Shown here piece by piece: positions 1-11,201 of a stretch of DNA of 64,000 nt (position 1 is its first letter; every line of letters starts with the position of its first letter). The notes under the pieces are model-generated. The model saw only the letters and a program-made list of their open reading frames with translations. It was not told the origin of the DNA and searched no databases. Source of the stretch: an uncultured Acidobacteriota bacterium (GTDB lineage: Bacteria; Acidobacteriota; Thermoanaerobaculia; UBA5066; Gp7-AA6); NCBI GenBank assembly GCA_963764715.1, contig CAVXTP010000021.1, positions 256,001 through 320,000 on the forward strand, in the 5' to 3' direction. Both the position numbers and the translations under genes were made by a program.

Positions 1-1
1 C

Positions 2-1282
2 TTCGACCGGGAGACGGGCGACCTGCTCATCGGCGACGTGGGCCAGAACCTCTGGGAAGAGATCGACTTCACCCCCGCCGCGAGCACGGGAGGGGAGAAC
101 TACGGGTGGCGAATGATGGAGGGGTTCCACTGCTACAACCCCTCGAGCGCCTGCAACGACGGGAGCCTGACGCTGCCCATCCTCGAGTACGACCACACCG
201 TGGGGTGCTCCGTCACGGGCGGGTTCCGCTACCGCGGAACCGAGATTCCGGGGCTCTACGGGACCTATCTGTATGGCGACTACTGCACGGGCCGGATCTG
301 GCGGGCGGTCGAGGCGGGCGACGGGACCTGGACGTCTTCGAAGCTCGTCGACAGCGGCTACAACATCTCGGGCTGGGGAGAAGACGCGGCGGGGGAGATG
401 TACATCGCCGACCACAACGGGTCGGTTTACCGCCTGACGCCGACGCCGAACCCGTCGCCCGTCGAGGCCGGCCTCTCCCCGGCGGCCGTCATCGCCGGCG
501 ACCCCGGCTTCGACCTGACGGTCGACGGGACCGGGTTCGTCTACGGCTCGGTCGTGCGCTGGAACGGGGCGGACCGGCCGACGACGTTCGTTTCTCCGAC
601 CAGGCTCACGGCCGCGATCCCGGCCTCCGACATCGCCGCGGCCGGCAACGCCCTCGTGACGGTCTTCTCGCCGGCCCCGGGCGGGGGAGCCTCCGCCTCG
701 CGCCGGCTCGACGTCAACCCGACGTTCCTCGACGTCCCGATCGACCATTTCGCCTTCGCCTACATCCAGGCCGTCTTCGACGCGGGCGTGACCGGCGGGT
801 GCGGGACCAGGATCTACTGCCCGGCGAGCGCGGCGACCCGCGCGCAGATGGCCGTGTTCCTCCTCAAGGCGTCGGAGGGGTCGGCCTACGTGCCGCCGCC
901 CTGCTCGGGCGCGTTCTTCGACGACGTCCCCTGCACCGGCGGCATCTTCGACTCCTGGATCGAGGACCTGGCGGGCCGCGGCATCACCAGCGGCTGCGGC
1001 GGGGGCGACTACTGCCCGTCGAACCCGGTCACGCGCGCCCAGATGGCGGTCTTTCTCCTGAAGACCGACCAGGGGCCGGCCTACGTACCGCCTCCCTGCG
1101 CCGGGAACGTCTTCGACGACGTCCCCTGCGCCGGCGGCGCCTTCGATCCGTGGATCGAGGACCTGGCGGGCCGCGGCATCACGGGCGGCTGCGGTGGAGG
1201 CGACTATTGCCCCTCGAACCCGGTGACGCGGGCGCAGATGGCGGTGTTTCTGGTGAAGACCTTCGGCCTGCCGCTTCCCTGA
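2..1282 (+). CDS. Glucose/sorbosone (PQQ-dependent sugar) dehydrogenase-like protein with Ig-like (IPT/TIG) domain and C-terminal Cys-rich triple SLH-like domain; 5' end outside window
   Basis: Frame is open from base 2 ([16 protein letters not shown]...WEEID...NYGW, typical of the GSDH family). C-terminus has three FxDVP...GIT.GCG...YCP...TRAQMAVFL repeats. Confidence 0.85.
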   Translation, partial: FDRETGDLLIGDVGQNLWEEIDFTPAASTGGENYGWRMMEGFHCYNPSSACNDGSLTLPILEYDHTVGCSVTGGFRYRGTEIPGLYGTYLYGDYCTGRIWRAVEAGDGTWTSSKLVDSGYNISGWGEDAAGEMYIADHNGSVYRLTPTPNPSPVEAGLSPAAVIAGDPGFDLTVDGTGFVYGSVVRWNGADRPTTFVSPTRLTAAIPASDIAAAGNALVTVFSPAPGGGASASRRLDVNPTFLDVPIDHFAFAYIQAVFDAGVTGGCGTRIYCPASAATRAQMAVFLLKASEGSAYVPPPCSGAFFDDVPCTGGIFDSWIEDLAGRGITSGCGGGDYCPSNPVTRAQMAVFLLKTDQGPAYVPPPCAGNVFDDVPCAGGAFDPWIEDLAGRGITGGCGGGDYCPSNPVTRAQMAVFLVKTFGLPLP

Positions 1283-1333
1283 CCCGGAGTTTCCCGTCCG
1301 TTCTGAAATTCTCGCCTCGGAAAGAATTTTCCG

Positions 1334-1363
1334 TTGACTCCCCGAAGATCGCGGTGGAATAGT
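1334..1363 (+). promoter_or_regulatory. Possible sigma70 promoter (TTGACT...TGgAATAGT) for the large surface protein
   Basis: -35-like TTGACT in an AT-richer gap, preceded by the imperfect IR GAAATTCT...AGAATTTT. GGAGG RBS before ATG 1408. Confidence 0.35.
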
Positions 1364-1407
1364 TCTCCCAGCTTTTCAGGCGTTTCGCTTTAAAAATGGA
1401 GGACGGC

Positions 1408-4400
1408 ATGTTCCGGAGCTCGGCGAAGGGGCTTAACGCTCTTCTCGTGTCGGTCTCGGCCTGTCTTCTTCTCGCCTCGTCGGCGCTCTCGGGCGCCCCG
1501 ACGTCGGAGAAGAAGAGCGCACCGAAGGTCACTCCCAAGGTGCTCTTTCCCCGGGAGTCGAAGGTCACGGGTCTCCATCCGCTGCGCTCGCACCTCAAGC
1601 GGCCCGTGCCGGGAGCGACACGCCGGGAGATTCCGATCCAGCCGTTGACGCGCGCGAACCCCGACTACAAGGCGACCGGCCCGGCCCTTCCGCGGACGTC
1701 GCCGTCGCCCCAGATGCCCGACCCGCTCCTGACGTTCGAAGGCGTGGGCGACGTCAATTTCGTGCAGCCCGCCGATACGACCCTCGCGATCGGCCCGGAT
1801 CACGTGTTCCAGTGGGTCAACCTCTCGGCCCAGATCTTCGACAAGAGCGGCAACGACCTGTCGGGCGGTCCGTTCGACGGCACCGCGTTCTGGCAGGACC
1901 TCGGCGGCGACTGCGCCAGCGTCAACGGCGGCGACATCATCGTCATCTACGACCACCTCGCGGACCGGTGGATCGCGACCCAGCTCGCCGCGGAGGTCCA
2001 GGGCGCGAGCACGAACAACGTCTGCTGGGCGGTGTCCACGACCAACGACCCGCTCGGCACGTACTACCAGTACGCCTTCGATTACGGCGGGGACCTCAAC
2101 GACTACCCGAAGTGGGCCCTCTGGCCGGACGCCTACTACGGCACGTTCCGTAACTTCGTGGGTTCCGCCTTTTTCAGCGGCATGGTCGTGTGGGCGGTCG
2201 ATCGCAACGCGGTCCTCGCGGGCGACTCGGACCCGGCCATCCTCGCCGTCGACGTCGGGTCCGGTCTTCCGAGCCTCGACGGGCTTCTCGCAGCCAACCT
2301 CTCGCCCGGCAACCCGGGACCGCCGCTGGCGGCGCGCACCGGCGGCGCCATACCGCCGGAGACTCTCTTCGGCGTTTCCAACCCGGGCCTCGACGGCGAC
2401 CCGTCGGCGATCCGCATCTTCCAGTTCCACCCCGACTTCGCGAATCCCCCGGCGTCGACCTTCTCGGGCCCGGTCGACCTGCCCGTGGCGGACTTCACAC
2501 CCTCGACGGGCTCCGTCGAGCAGCCGCCTCCGGGCGGCTCGCTCGAGGACCTGCCGTGGGTCATGTACAAGGCGGACTACCGCAACTTCGGAACGTACGA
2601 GGGCGTCGTGCTGACCCACACCGAGGATGTGGGCGGCGGCCAGATCGGCGTGCGCTGGTACGAGGTGCGCGATCCCGCCGGAACGCCGGTCCTCCACCAG
2701 CAGGGGACCTTCGCGCCCGACTCGTCCAACCGGTGGTTCCCGTCGATCGCCCAGGACTTCGTGGGTGATATCGCCGTCGGCTACAGCGTCGCGGACGGCT
2801 CGATCTTCCCCTCGATCCGCTACGCGGGCCGCTTCCCGGGCGATCCCCTCGGCGAGCTCGCGCAGGGTGAAGGCGAGTTCTTCGCCGGCAACGGGTCCTT
2901 CGGGGGCTTCCGCTGGGGCGACTACAGCACGATCTCGCTCGACCCCGTGGACCAGTGCACGTTCTGGTACACCACGATGTACGTGCCCGGCTCGGGCCTC
3001 GCCGACTGGGGGACCGGAATCGGCTCGTTCAAGTTCCCGAGCTGCACGACCGGCCCGCGGGGCACGATCAGCGGCACGGTCACCGACGGGACCAACCCGA
3101 TCCCGGGCGTCAAGGTCTCGGCGGGAACGTCGAGCGCGACGACCGACGCCACGGGCGCCTACTCGATGGAGCTGCCGACGGGAACCTACGACCTGACCGC
3201 CAGCAAGTACGGCTACCTGCCGGGCTCCGCCAACGGCGTCGTGGTCACCGAGGACAACACCACCACGGTGAACTTCACGCTCGAAACCGCTCCGTCGACC
3301 GAGGTCAACGGGACGGTCAAGGACGGCTCCGGCGGCGGCTGGCCCCTCTACGCGAACATCAAGATCACTGCGCCGGGCGCGCCGACGTTCAACCTGTCGA
3401 CCGACCCGGTCACCGGCTACTACAGCATCGTCCTCGTGCAGGGGATCACCTACACCTTCCAGATCAAGGCCGTGAGCCCCGGATACCAGACCGGCGGCGG
3501 GACGCTCGATCTGACGGCCACCGTGCGTGTCGCCGGCGCCGTCGTGAAGAACTGGGAGCTCTTCGTCGACGCCGATGTCTGTACCGCGCCCGGCTACACG
3601 CCAAGCCTCATCGGCCTCTCGGAGGACTTCGAGAGCGGCGACATCCCCGAAGGCTGGAGCGTGACCAACGACAGCACTGACGGCGGCGGGACGTGGCTCG
3701 TCAACCTGGGAGGCGACCCCTGCGGCCACGGCGCCTTCTCGGGCAACCAGACGGGCGGCACCGGCTACTACGCGCTCGTCGACAGCGACTGCGACGGGTT
3801 CGTCACGGACGACACCTCGCTCATCACCCCGTCGGTCGACATGTCCGGCCTTCACGACGGCGAAGCTCCGGTTCAACACGGACTACAACAATCTCGGCGA
3901 CGTGGCCGACGTGGACATCTCGACGGACGGCGGGACCGTCTGGACCAACGTCTGGCACAAGACCGCGGACGTTCCCGGACCGAGCGTCCAGTCGATCGAC
4001 ATCACCACGATCGCCGCGGGCCAGGCCGACGTCAAGGCCCGGTTCCACTACTACAACGCGTTCTTCGCGTGGTGGTGGCAGGTCGACAACGTCTTCCTCG
4101 GGAACGCCACGTGCAACCCCTCGGCCGGAGGCCTCGTGGTCGGCAAGGTCACGAGCCTCGCGAGCGGCCTCGGCCTGAACCACGCGAAGGTCAAGAACCT
4201 GCCGGACGACGCCGAGACCTTCACGTTCCACTCGCCGAGCGAGGGCGACGGCTTCTACATCCTCTTCGCCCCGTCCGGCTCGCAGCCGTTCGAGGCTTCG
4301 CTCAAGCTCTACCAGTCGGCCCAGGCCAGCAAGACCGTGGTCCCCGGCTCGACGCAGCGCCTGGACTTCGCGCTGAAGTCGGGACAGCTTTCGGTGGCTC

Positions 4401-6145
4401 CCACGGCGCTCAACGGCCGGGTCGATCCGAACGGCTCGCAGACGCAGCCGTTCACGGTCACCAACACCGGCACCGTCGCCGCGAACTTCAAGCTCCTGGA
4501 GCTCAACGCTCCCATCCTGAATTCCGTGACCCACGGCTTCGCGTCGGATGCCCAGCGCCAGGCGGCGCTGTCGCGCCTGCCGGACGGCAAGGGCGGCAAG
4601 ATGCACACGGCGTTGACGGCGCGCGGGCTCGCGGCGCCGAAGGACCTGCCGCACGGTCTGGATCGCCTGCTGGCGGCGGGCAACGTGCTGAGCTCGTTCG
4701 ATTCGGGCCTGACGATCGGCTGGGGAGTCGCGACGGTCGGAACGGACGTCTGGCTCTCGAACCCCTCGTACATCGGGGGCGGTGACGACAACGACCACCG
4801 GTTCAAGGCCAATGGCACCGACACGGGCGACGTGATTTCCGAAGACGGCGTCGGTCTGTGGGCGGGGGATGGCGCCTACAACTCGAATACCGGCAAGTAC
4901 TGGCGGGTGGCCGTCGGCGGCGACAACTGCCTGTACGAGTTCGATCCCGTGACCAAGTCCCAGACGGGCAACACGATCTGCGGGTCGCCCTGGACGGGGA
5001 CTTCCCAGCGCGGTCTGGCCTACGACTCGGGGACGGATACGTTCTTCGTCGGCGGCTGGAACGAATTGATCGTCTACCACATCGATTTGGACGGCAACGT
5101 CCTCGACTCCAAGGACGTGGGGCTGCCGATTGCGGGCCTCGCCTACAGCCCGTCGAACGGACACCTGCTGGTCATGTCCAACCAACCGGCGGGACCGGAC
5201 GTGACGGTTCTCGACTCTCTCAACAACTACGACGTGCTCGGCACGTTCCAGGTCGTCGACAACGGCTCGCCCGTGTTCGGCGATTACGAACAGGCGGGCA
5301 TGGAGTTCGACTGCGCCGGCAAGCTCTGGGCGATCAATCAGGCGACCCAGGTCGTTTACCAGATCGACGCCGGAGAAAGCGGCAGCTGCGAGGTCGACAT
5401 TCCGTGGTTCTCGGTCGATCCGAAGGAGGGCAGCGTCGATCCGAATGGAGGCACGGCGCCCGTGACGGCGGCCTGGGATTCCGGCAACCTCCTGCCGGGC
5501 CTCTACCAGGCACAGCTGCTGTCGAAGACCGACACGCCGACGGGCATTCCGCCGGTCCCGGTGACCCTGACGGTCCGGTTCCTCGACGTGCCCGACTCGA
5601 ACCAGTTCGAGGCGTTCATCTACGGTGCGGCGGGTGCGGGCGTGATGTTCGGCGGCCCTCCGGTCTGCCCGGCGGGCGTCCTCGACTTCTGCCCGGATGG
5701 CGTGGTGACCCGCGCCGACATGGCCGGTTATCTCTGGCGCGGAGTCAACGGGCGCAACGCGGCGCCCCCGGTCTACCAGAACATCTTCACGGACGTGACG
5801 TTCAACGACTACAACGCGTTCTACATCCAGGGCATCTTCGACCTCGGCATCACGGCGGGTTGCGGGACCAACATCTATTGCCCGGGCAACCCGGTCACCC
5901 GCGCCCAGATGTCGGTCTTCCTCGTCAAGGCGACCGAGGGTTCCGACTTCGTACCTCCGGCCTGCACGGGAGTCTTCGCCGACGTGCCGTGCCCCGGCGG
6001 TTTCGCGGTCGACTACATCGAGTACCTCGCCAGCCAGAACGTCACGGCGGGCTGCGGCGGCGGTAACTTCTGCCCGACGCAAAACATCACCAACGGTCAG
6101 ATGGCGACTTTCCTCGTCAAGGCCTTCAACATCCCGCACCTCTGA
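1408..6145 (+). CDS. Large secreted multidomain surface protein (about 1580 aa): N-terminal beta-rich domain, carboxypeptidase-regulatory-like repeats, beta-propeller-like region, C-terminal Cys-rich triple SLH-like domain; +1 frameshift near 3850
   Basis: Signal peptide. ORFs 1396..4785 and 3902..6145 join into one frame when one C is removed from 'ggcc ttc acg' (SVDMSG-FTTAKLRFNTDYNNLGDVAD). SLH-like repeats at the end. Confidence 0.8.
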
Positions 6146-6167
6146 TCGGGATCCATTCGGTTCCTTC

Positions 6168-6198
6168 GGGCCCGGCGCGAGCCGGGCCCTTTCTTTTT
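6168..6198 (+). terminator. Intrinsic terminator
   Basis: GGGCCCGGC-GCGA-GCCGGGCCC perfect 9-bp stem with GNRA loop, followed by a T-rich tract. Confidence 0.9.
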
Positions 6199-6218
6199 GA
6201 GCTATCGTCGTCGCCGCG

Positions 6219-8265
6219 ATGCGCGGGACGGCGGCGCTGGCGGCGGCTCTCCTGGCGTGCGGCGCCGCGGCGGCGCGCGCGTCCGATCCTCCGCCGATCG
6301 TCCTCGTCACGCTCGACACGACCCGGGCCGACCGCGTGGGGAGCCGGCCGGGCGGGGCGTCGCTGACGCCGAACCTCGACACTCTCGCGCGCGCGGGAAC
6401 GCGGTTTTCGAACGCCCTGACGCCGTCGCCCCTCACGCTGCCCGCGCACTGCAGCCTGATGACGGGCCTCGATCCCCCCCGGCACGGCGTCCGGGACAAC
6501 GGCGTGGGGTCGCTGCCGGAGGACGTGCCGACGCTGGCGGCCGCCCTCGCCCGGCGGGGGTACGCGACCGGCGCGGTGATCGCCTCGCGGGTCCTCGACC
6601 GCCGCTTCGGACTGGCGCGGGGGTTCGAGACCTACGACGACGCGATCGTCGCCGAGCAGACCGGCGAACAGGGGTATCCGGAGCGCGACGCGGCGGCCGT
6701 CACCGGGGCCGCGCTCGCGTGGGCGTCGAAGCTGCCCGCCGGGCGTCCCTACTTCCTGTGGGTGCATTACTACGACGCCCACGCGCCGTACGCGCCGCCG
6801 GGAGACTGGGCCGGGCGGACCGCGGACGAGCGTTACGACGGCGAGATCGCGTACGTCGACCGGGAGGTGGGACGGCTGCTCGCCGGCCTGCCCGGAGCGG
6901 GCCGCCGGATCGTGGCGGCCGTCGGCGACCACGGCGAGATGCTCGGCGAGCACGGCGAGAAGGAGCACGGCGTCTTTCTCTATCGCGCCTCGCTCGAAGT
7001 GCCGCTCCTGATCGCGGGCCCCAGCGTCGCTTCGGACCGCGTGATCGCGACACCCGCGGCGACCCGCGGCCTGCCGGCGACCTTGCTCCGCCTCGCGGGC
7101 CTGACCGCCGACGCCGCTCCCTTCGGGCCGGGCCTTCCCGGGATCGGGCCCTCGGCCGATTCCTCGCGCGCGCCGGCCGTCTACGGCGAGACGGACCTGC
7201 CCGCGTCGGCCTACGGGTGGAGCCCGCTCGCCTCGGCGACCGATGCCCGCTATCGGCTCATCGTCGCGCCCCGTCCGGAGCTCTACGACCTGCGGCAGGA
7301 CCCGGCGGAGAGCCGAAACCTCTGGGGCGGCGAGCCGGAGGTCGTTCGGCGGCTCCAGCGCGTTATCGCCGACGCCACCCGCGCCGCGCGCCCGGCCGCT
7401 CGGGTCACGCCGTCGGCGGAGCTCGCCGAATCGCTCCGCCGGCTGGGCTACCTCTCGGGCTCGAGCCCCCGGGCGGGCTCGATCGATCCCAAGGACGGCA
7501 TCCGGATGCTCGACGAGCTGGAGGAGGCGAAGGATCTGACGCGGCGCGGAAGGGCGCGAGAGGCGGCCGCCGCGCTCGAGGGCCTGGTCAAGCGCAGTCC
7601 CGGGAACGTCCCGTTTCTCGCGCGGCTGGCCGAGGCCCAGGCCGCGTCGGGGGAGACGGGCCGGGCGATCGAAACGCTGGGAGAGGCGCTCGAGCTCAAT
7701 CCCGGGCTCGACTTTCTCCACCTTCAGTTCGCCCGGCTCTGCGTGCAGGCGGGACAGACCGGGGAAGCCCGGGCTTCGTACCGCCGGGCCCTCGCTCTCA
7801 ATCCCCGCTTCGCCGCGGCCTGGTTCGGGCTGGCCGAACTCGCCGCGCGATCGGGGCCCGCCGGCGAGGAGCTTCGGATCCTCCGCGAGGGCGAGGCCGC
7901 CGGAACGCACAGCGGGGCGCTCTATGCGCGACTCGCGCAGGTCGAGCTTCCGTCGGGCGACGTTCGAGCGGCGCAACTTCACGCCGACGCCGCCGTTCGC
8001 CTGCTCCCGACCTTCGCGCCCGGCTGGTGGGTCGCGGGCGAGGTGGCCGAGCGACAGGGAAGGACGGACGACGCGATCCGATGCTTCGAGAAGGCCGCGG
8101 CCCTCGGCCTCGAGGATCCCCGCGCCCTCCTGCATCTCGGCGCGGCTGCTCATCGCCGCCGGCCGCACGCCCGCCGCGAAGCCCTACCTCGAGCGCGCCG
8201 CCCGGCTCGGCCAGGGCGCGCCGTCGGGGGAGGAAGCCCGCCGGCTCCTTCTCAGCAACCAGTAA
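6219..8265 (+). CDS. Sulfatase-like (alkaline phosphatase superfamily) hydrolase/transferase with C-terminal TPRs; +1 frameshift near 8140
   Basis: LVTLDTTRAD, TLPAHCSLMTG, WVHYYDAH and GDHGE motifs, then TPR helices. The TPR-like tail (RLLIAAGRTPAAKPYLERAARL...SNQ*) continues in the frame ending at 8265. Confidence 0.8.
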
Positions 8266-8287
8266 GAAGCAAACGGGCGTCTTCCGC

Positions 8288-9053
8288 TTACTGCCTACCG
8301 CCGCCGACCGCGTCCGACTCGCCCAGCGACCACTGGTGATACGCCTCGGTCACCGACGCGGCATCGCCGTCGCAGACCATGCGGCCGTGGTGGAGCCAGA
8401 TGACCCGGTCGCAGCTCTCCCGGATCTGCGAGAGCGAGTGCGAGACGAGCATCAACGTCTTGCCCCGGTCGTGGAAGCCCTGCATGCGCTCCTTGCACTT
8501 GCGCTGGAACTTCTCGTCGCCGACCGACAGGGCCTCGTCGACGAGGAGGATGTCGGGATCGATGTCGGTCGCGACGGAGAAGGCGAGCCGCGCGGACATC
8601 CCGGTCGAGTACGTGCGGGCCGGCGCGTCGATGAAGTCCTCGAGCTCCGCCCAGGCGACGATTCGGTCGAGCCGCCGGCGGACCTCGGCGCGGGAGAATC
8701 CCAGGAGCGCCCCCTGGAGCATCACGTTCTCGCGCCCGGTCAGCTCGCCGTGGAAGCCGAGGCCGAGCTCCAGGATCGGGGCGATCCGGCCGGACACGAA
8801 CACGCGGCCCGCGGACGGCGGCAGCACCCGCGAGATGATCCGGAAGAGCGTGCTCTTGCCGGCGCCGTTGCGTCCGATGACGCCGATCGCGCTCGCCGGG
8901 CTCGACGGAAAGGTCGATGTCCTTCAGGGCCTCGAAGTCCTGGTAGGACACCCGGCGCTGGATGCGGCGGATCGCGTACTCCTTCAAGGAGTGGATGCGC
9001 TCCTTCGGGATGCGGTACCGGAGGGCGACCTTCTCGAGGCGGATGGCGGGCAC
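8288..9053 (-). CDS. wzt: Polysaccharide ABC exporter ATP-binding subunit (Wzt/TagH-like); +1 frameshift near 8889
   Basis: GRNGAGKST Walker A, YSTGM signature, DILLVDEALSVGD. The N-terminal part (ALKDIDLSVEPGER) is in another frame and is joined by removing one base. Confidence 0.85.
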
Positions 9054-9058
9054 GGCCG

Positions 9059-9901
9059 TCAGCTCCAGTACGCCAGGTCGTCGGCCCGGTGGCAGAAGTA
9101 CACCCAGCCCGTCACCAGGACGGCGAGAGCGAAGGTCAGCGAAACGACGACGAGCTCGACCGAGGGCAGGACGCCGTCGTAGATCGGCTTCCGGAAGACC
9201 TGGATGAGGTGGTACATCGGATTCAGCGACAGCCAGACGCGGTACCGGTACGGCACGATCGACGGCTCGTAGACGATCGGCGTCAGGAAGAACCAGGTCT
9301 GGACGATCACGGCGTACATCTCGCGGACGTCGGCGAAGCGCGACGTCACGGTGAAGAGGAGCAGGCTGACGCCGGCCGTGAACATCGCGAGGATGACGAT
9401 CGAAACGGGCAGGAACGCCCACGTCGCGTGGAGCGGGAAGCCCGTGACCGCGACGATGAGCAGCAGCGGCACGAGCGAGAGCACGAGATTGACCAGGCCG
9501 CCGCCGAGGGCGGAGGCCACGAAGACCGAGCGCGGCACGAACATGCGGCGGGCGAGGTCGTTCGAGGCCTGGGTCTGCGACGCGGCCGAAACCGAGGTCT
9601 GGGAGAAGAAGCCCCAGAAGATCTGGCCCGCCATGAAGTAGACGGGATAGTTGGCCACCGTGGTCTTCAGCATCGCCGAGAAGACGAGCGTGAGGGCGAT
9701 CATGTTCAGGAGCGGCGCGAGCATCGTCCACACGAGGCCGAGGACCGAGCGCTTGTAGCGGACCTTGATGTCGCGGATCACGAGCTCGTGCACGAGGCCG
9801 CGGTAGCGCCAGAGGTACTCGGCCTCCTCGATCCAGCGGGGGCGCCGCCGGGCGGAGTCGTACACCTCCGGGGAGCGGGCCGCCTCCGTCACGTCCGCCA
9901 T
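9059..9901 (-). CDS. wzm: Polysaccharide ABC exporter permease (Wzm/TagG-like)
   Basis: RDIKVRYKRSVLGLVWTMLAPL, FFLTPIVY and LNPM motifs; about 6 TM segments. Confidence 0.9.
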   Translation of the reverse strand: MADVTEAARSPEVYDSARRRPRWIEEAEYLWRYRGLVHELVIRDIKVRYKRSVLGLVWTMLAPLLNMIALTLVFSAMLKTTVANYPVYFMAGQIFWGFFSQTSVSAASQTQASNDLARRMFVPRSVFVASALGGGLVNLVLSLVPLLLIVAVTGFPLHATWAFLPVSIVILAMFTAGVSLLLFTVTSRFADVREMYAVIVQTWFFLTPIVYEPSIVPYRYRVWLSLNPMYHLIQVFRKPIYDGVLPSVELVVVSLTFALAVLVTGWVYFCHRADDLAYWS

Positions 9902-9902
9902 C

Positions 9903-11201
9903 CTATGGCGACGCCGTGTCCGGCAGGTTGAGGATCCAGGAGTCGAGCACGGTGGCGCGGACGTCCCAGGTATTCTCCCGTGCGAAGTCCCGCCTCAGCT
10001 CCGCCGTCGCGGACGCCTCGGCCGCCGCGGCCGAAATCTCGCGAACGAACTGCTCGGGTGTCGACGCGAGCCGGACGATGCCGCGCCCGACGAAGGGCCG
10101 GAGGGAATCCATGGGCGTCGCCACGACCGGACGGCCCGCGGCCGCCGCCTCGTACACCTTGACGGGATCGGTCGCGTGGGTCAGCGGGGAGAGACGGAAG
10201 GGGATGATCTCGACGTCGAACCGGGCCCGCAGCTCCGGAAGCTCCCGATGGGGCCGCTCGCCGTGGAAGACGACGTTCGAGCGTGGCGTCAGGCGCGCCG
10301 CGTCGCTCTCCTGCCCTCCGACGATCTCGAACCGCCAGTCGGGGGAGAGCGCCGCGAGCCGCGCCAGAAGCTCGCCGTCGAACCACTCGTCGACCGCGCC
10401 GACGTAGCCGACGGTGAGCGGCCCGCGCGGGGAAGGCGGCGCGATCGAGCCAAAGAGCGCGAAGTCGCAGGCATTGGGAAGGAGCCGGGGAGAGTCCCGG
10501 CCTCCCTCGAGGCGGCGGCGGAGGGCCTCCGACGTCGCGACCACGAGGTCGGCGCCCCGGACGAGCTCGCGCTCGGCGTCGGTCAGGACCGCCGGCCGGT
10601 TCGTGGCGAAGGCCTCGTGGGCGTCGAGGCAGTCGTAGACGACCCGCCACCCGAAGCGCGACTTGAGGGCGGCGGCGAGCGGCGCCCAGAACGGGGATTC
10701 GACGAGAAGCGCCGCGCGGCCGAGGGCGAACCGCTCGTGGGCGGCGACGACCGACTCGAGCGCCCGCGCGAGCGCGCGTCCGCGCAGGCGCGTTTCCGGC
10801 AGGTCCTCCCGGCGCGGGCCCTCGAGCGGCAGGAGCGTGACGCCGGGGCCGGCGCCGACGGGTTCCCGGGGCTCGCCCGCGCCCTCGACCGAGGCGTAGA
10901 ACACGCGTCGGCCGCGTCGCGCCAGGGCCTCGGCGAGCTGCTGCGGCCGCTGGCGCCGGTAGCTCCATGCGATCACCGGGAGCACGACGACGTCTTCGCG
11001 GCCGGGCCGGGCGGGGCCCGGCGAGAGCGGTCGCCACGCGAACTCCGGGGCGGGCTTGCGCAGGCCGAGCAGCCGCTCGGACGGGACGCGCCGGCGCAGC
11101 GCCCGCCGCCACGCGAGCGGCGTCAACCGCCGTCCGAGCGCGTAGATGCGGCCGCGCAAGCCGGATTCCCAGTCCTCCCTCATGCGTCCCAAGGCTCTCA
11201 C
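9903..11201 (-). CDS. Glycosyltransferase (GT4-like; TuaH/GumK-type)
   Basis: QRPQQLA, VYDCLD, PNACD, GYVGAV and DPVKVYEAAAAGRPVVAT motifs. GTG start overlaps the wecB stop (GTGA); ATG 11183 is an alternative start. Confidence 0.8.
   Translation of the reverse strand: MRALGRMREDWESGLRGRIYALGRRLTPLAWRRALRRRVPSERLLGLRKPAPEFAWRPLSPGPARPGREDVVVLPVIAWSYRRQRPQQLAEALARRGRRVFYASVEGAGEPREPVGAGPGVTLLPLEGPRREDLPETRLRGRALARALESVVAAHERFALGRAALLVESPFWAPLAAALKSRFGWRVVYDCLDAHEAFATNRPAVLTDAERELVRGADLVVATSEALRRRLEGGRDSPRLLPNACDFALFGSIAPPSPRGPLTVGYVGAVDEWFDGELLARLAALSPDWRFEIVGGQESDAARLTPRSNVVFHGERPHRELPELRARFDVEIIPFRLSPLTHATDPVKVYEAAAAGRPVVATPMDSLRPFVGRGIVRLASTPEQFVREISAAAAEASATAELRRDFARENTWDVRATVLDSWILNLPDTASP

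Noticed and set aside
720-1282. Internal DNA repeats in SLH-like regions as a DGR template/variable repeat pair
   Set aside because: The repeats are in-frame protein domain repeats without an evident adenine-specific mismatch pattern, and there is no reverse transcriptase in the window.
3845-3860. Programmed frameshift or phase variation in the large surface protein
   Set aside because: No slippery heptamer or simple repeat tract. Two similar insertions nearby point to sequencing error.
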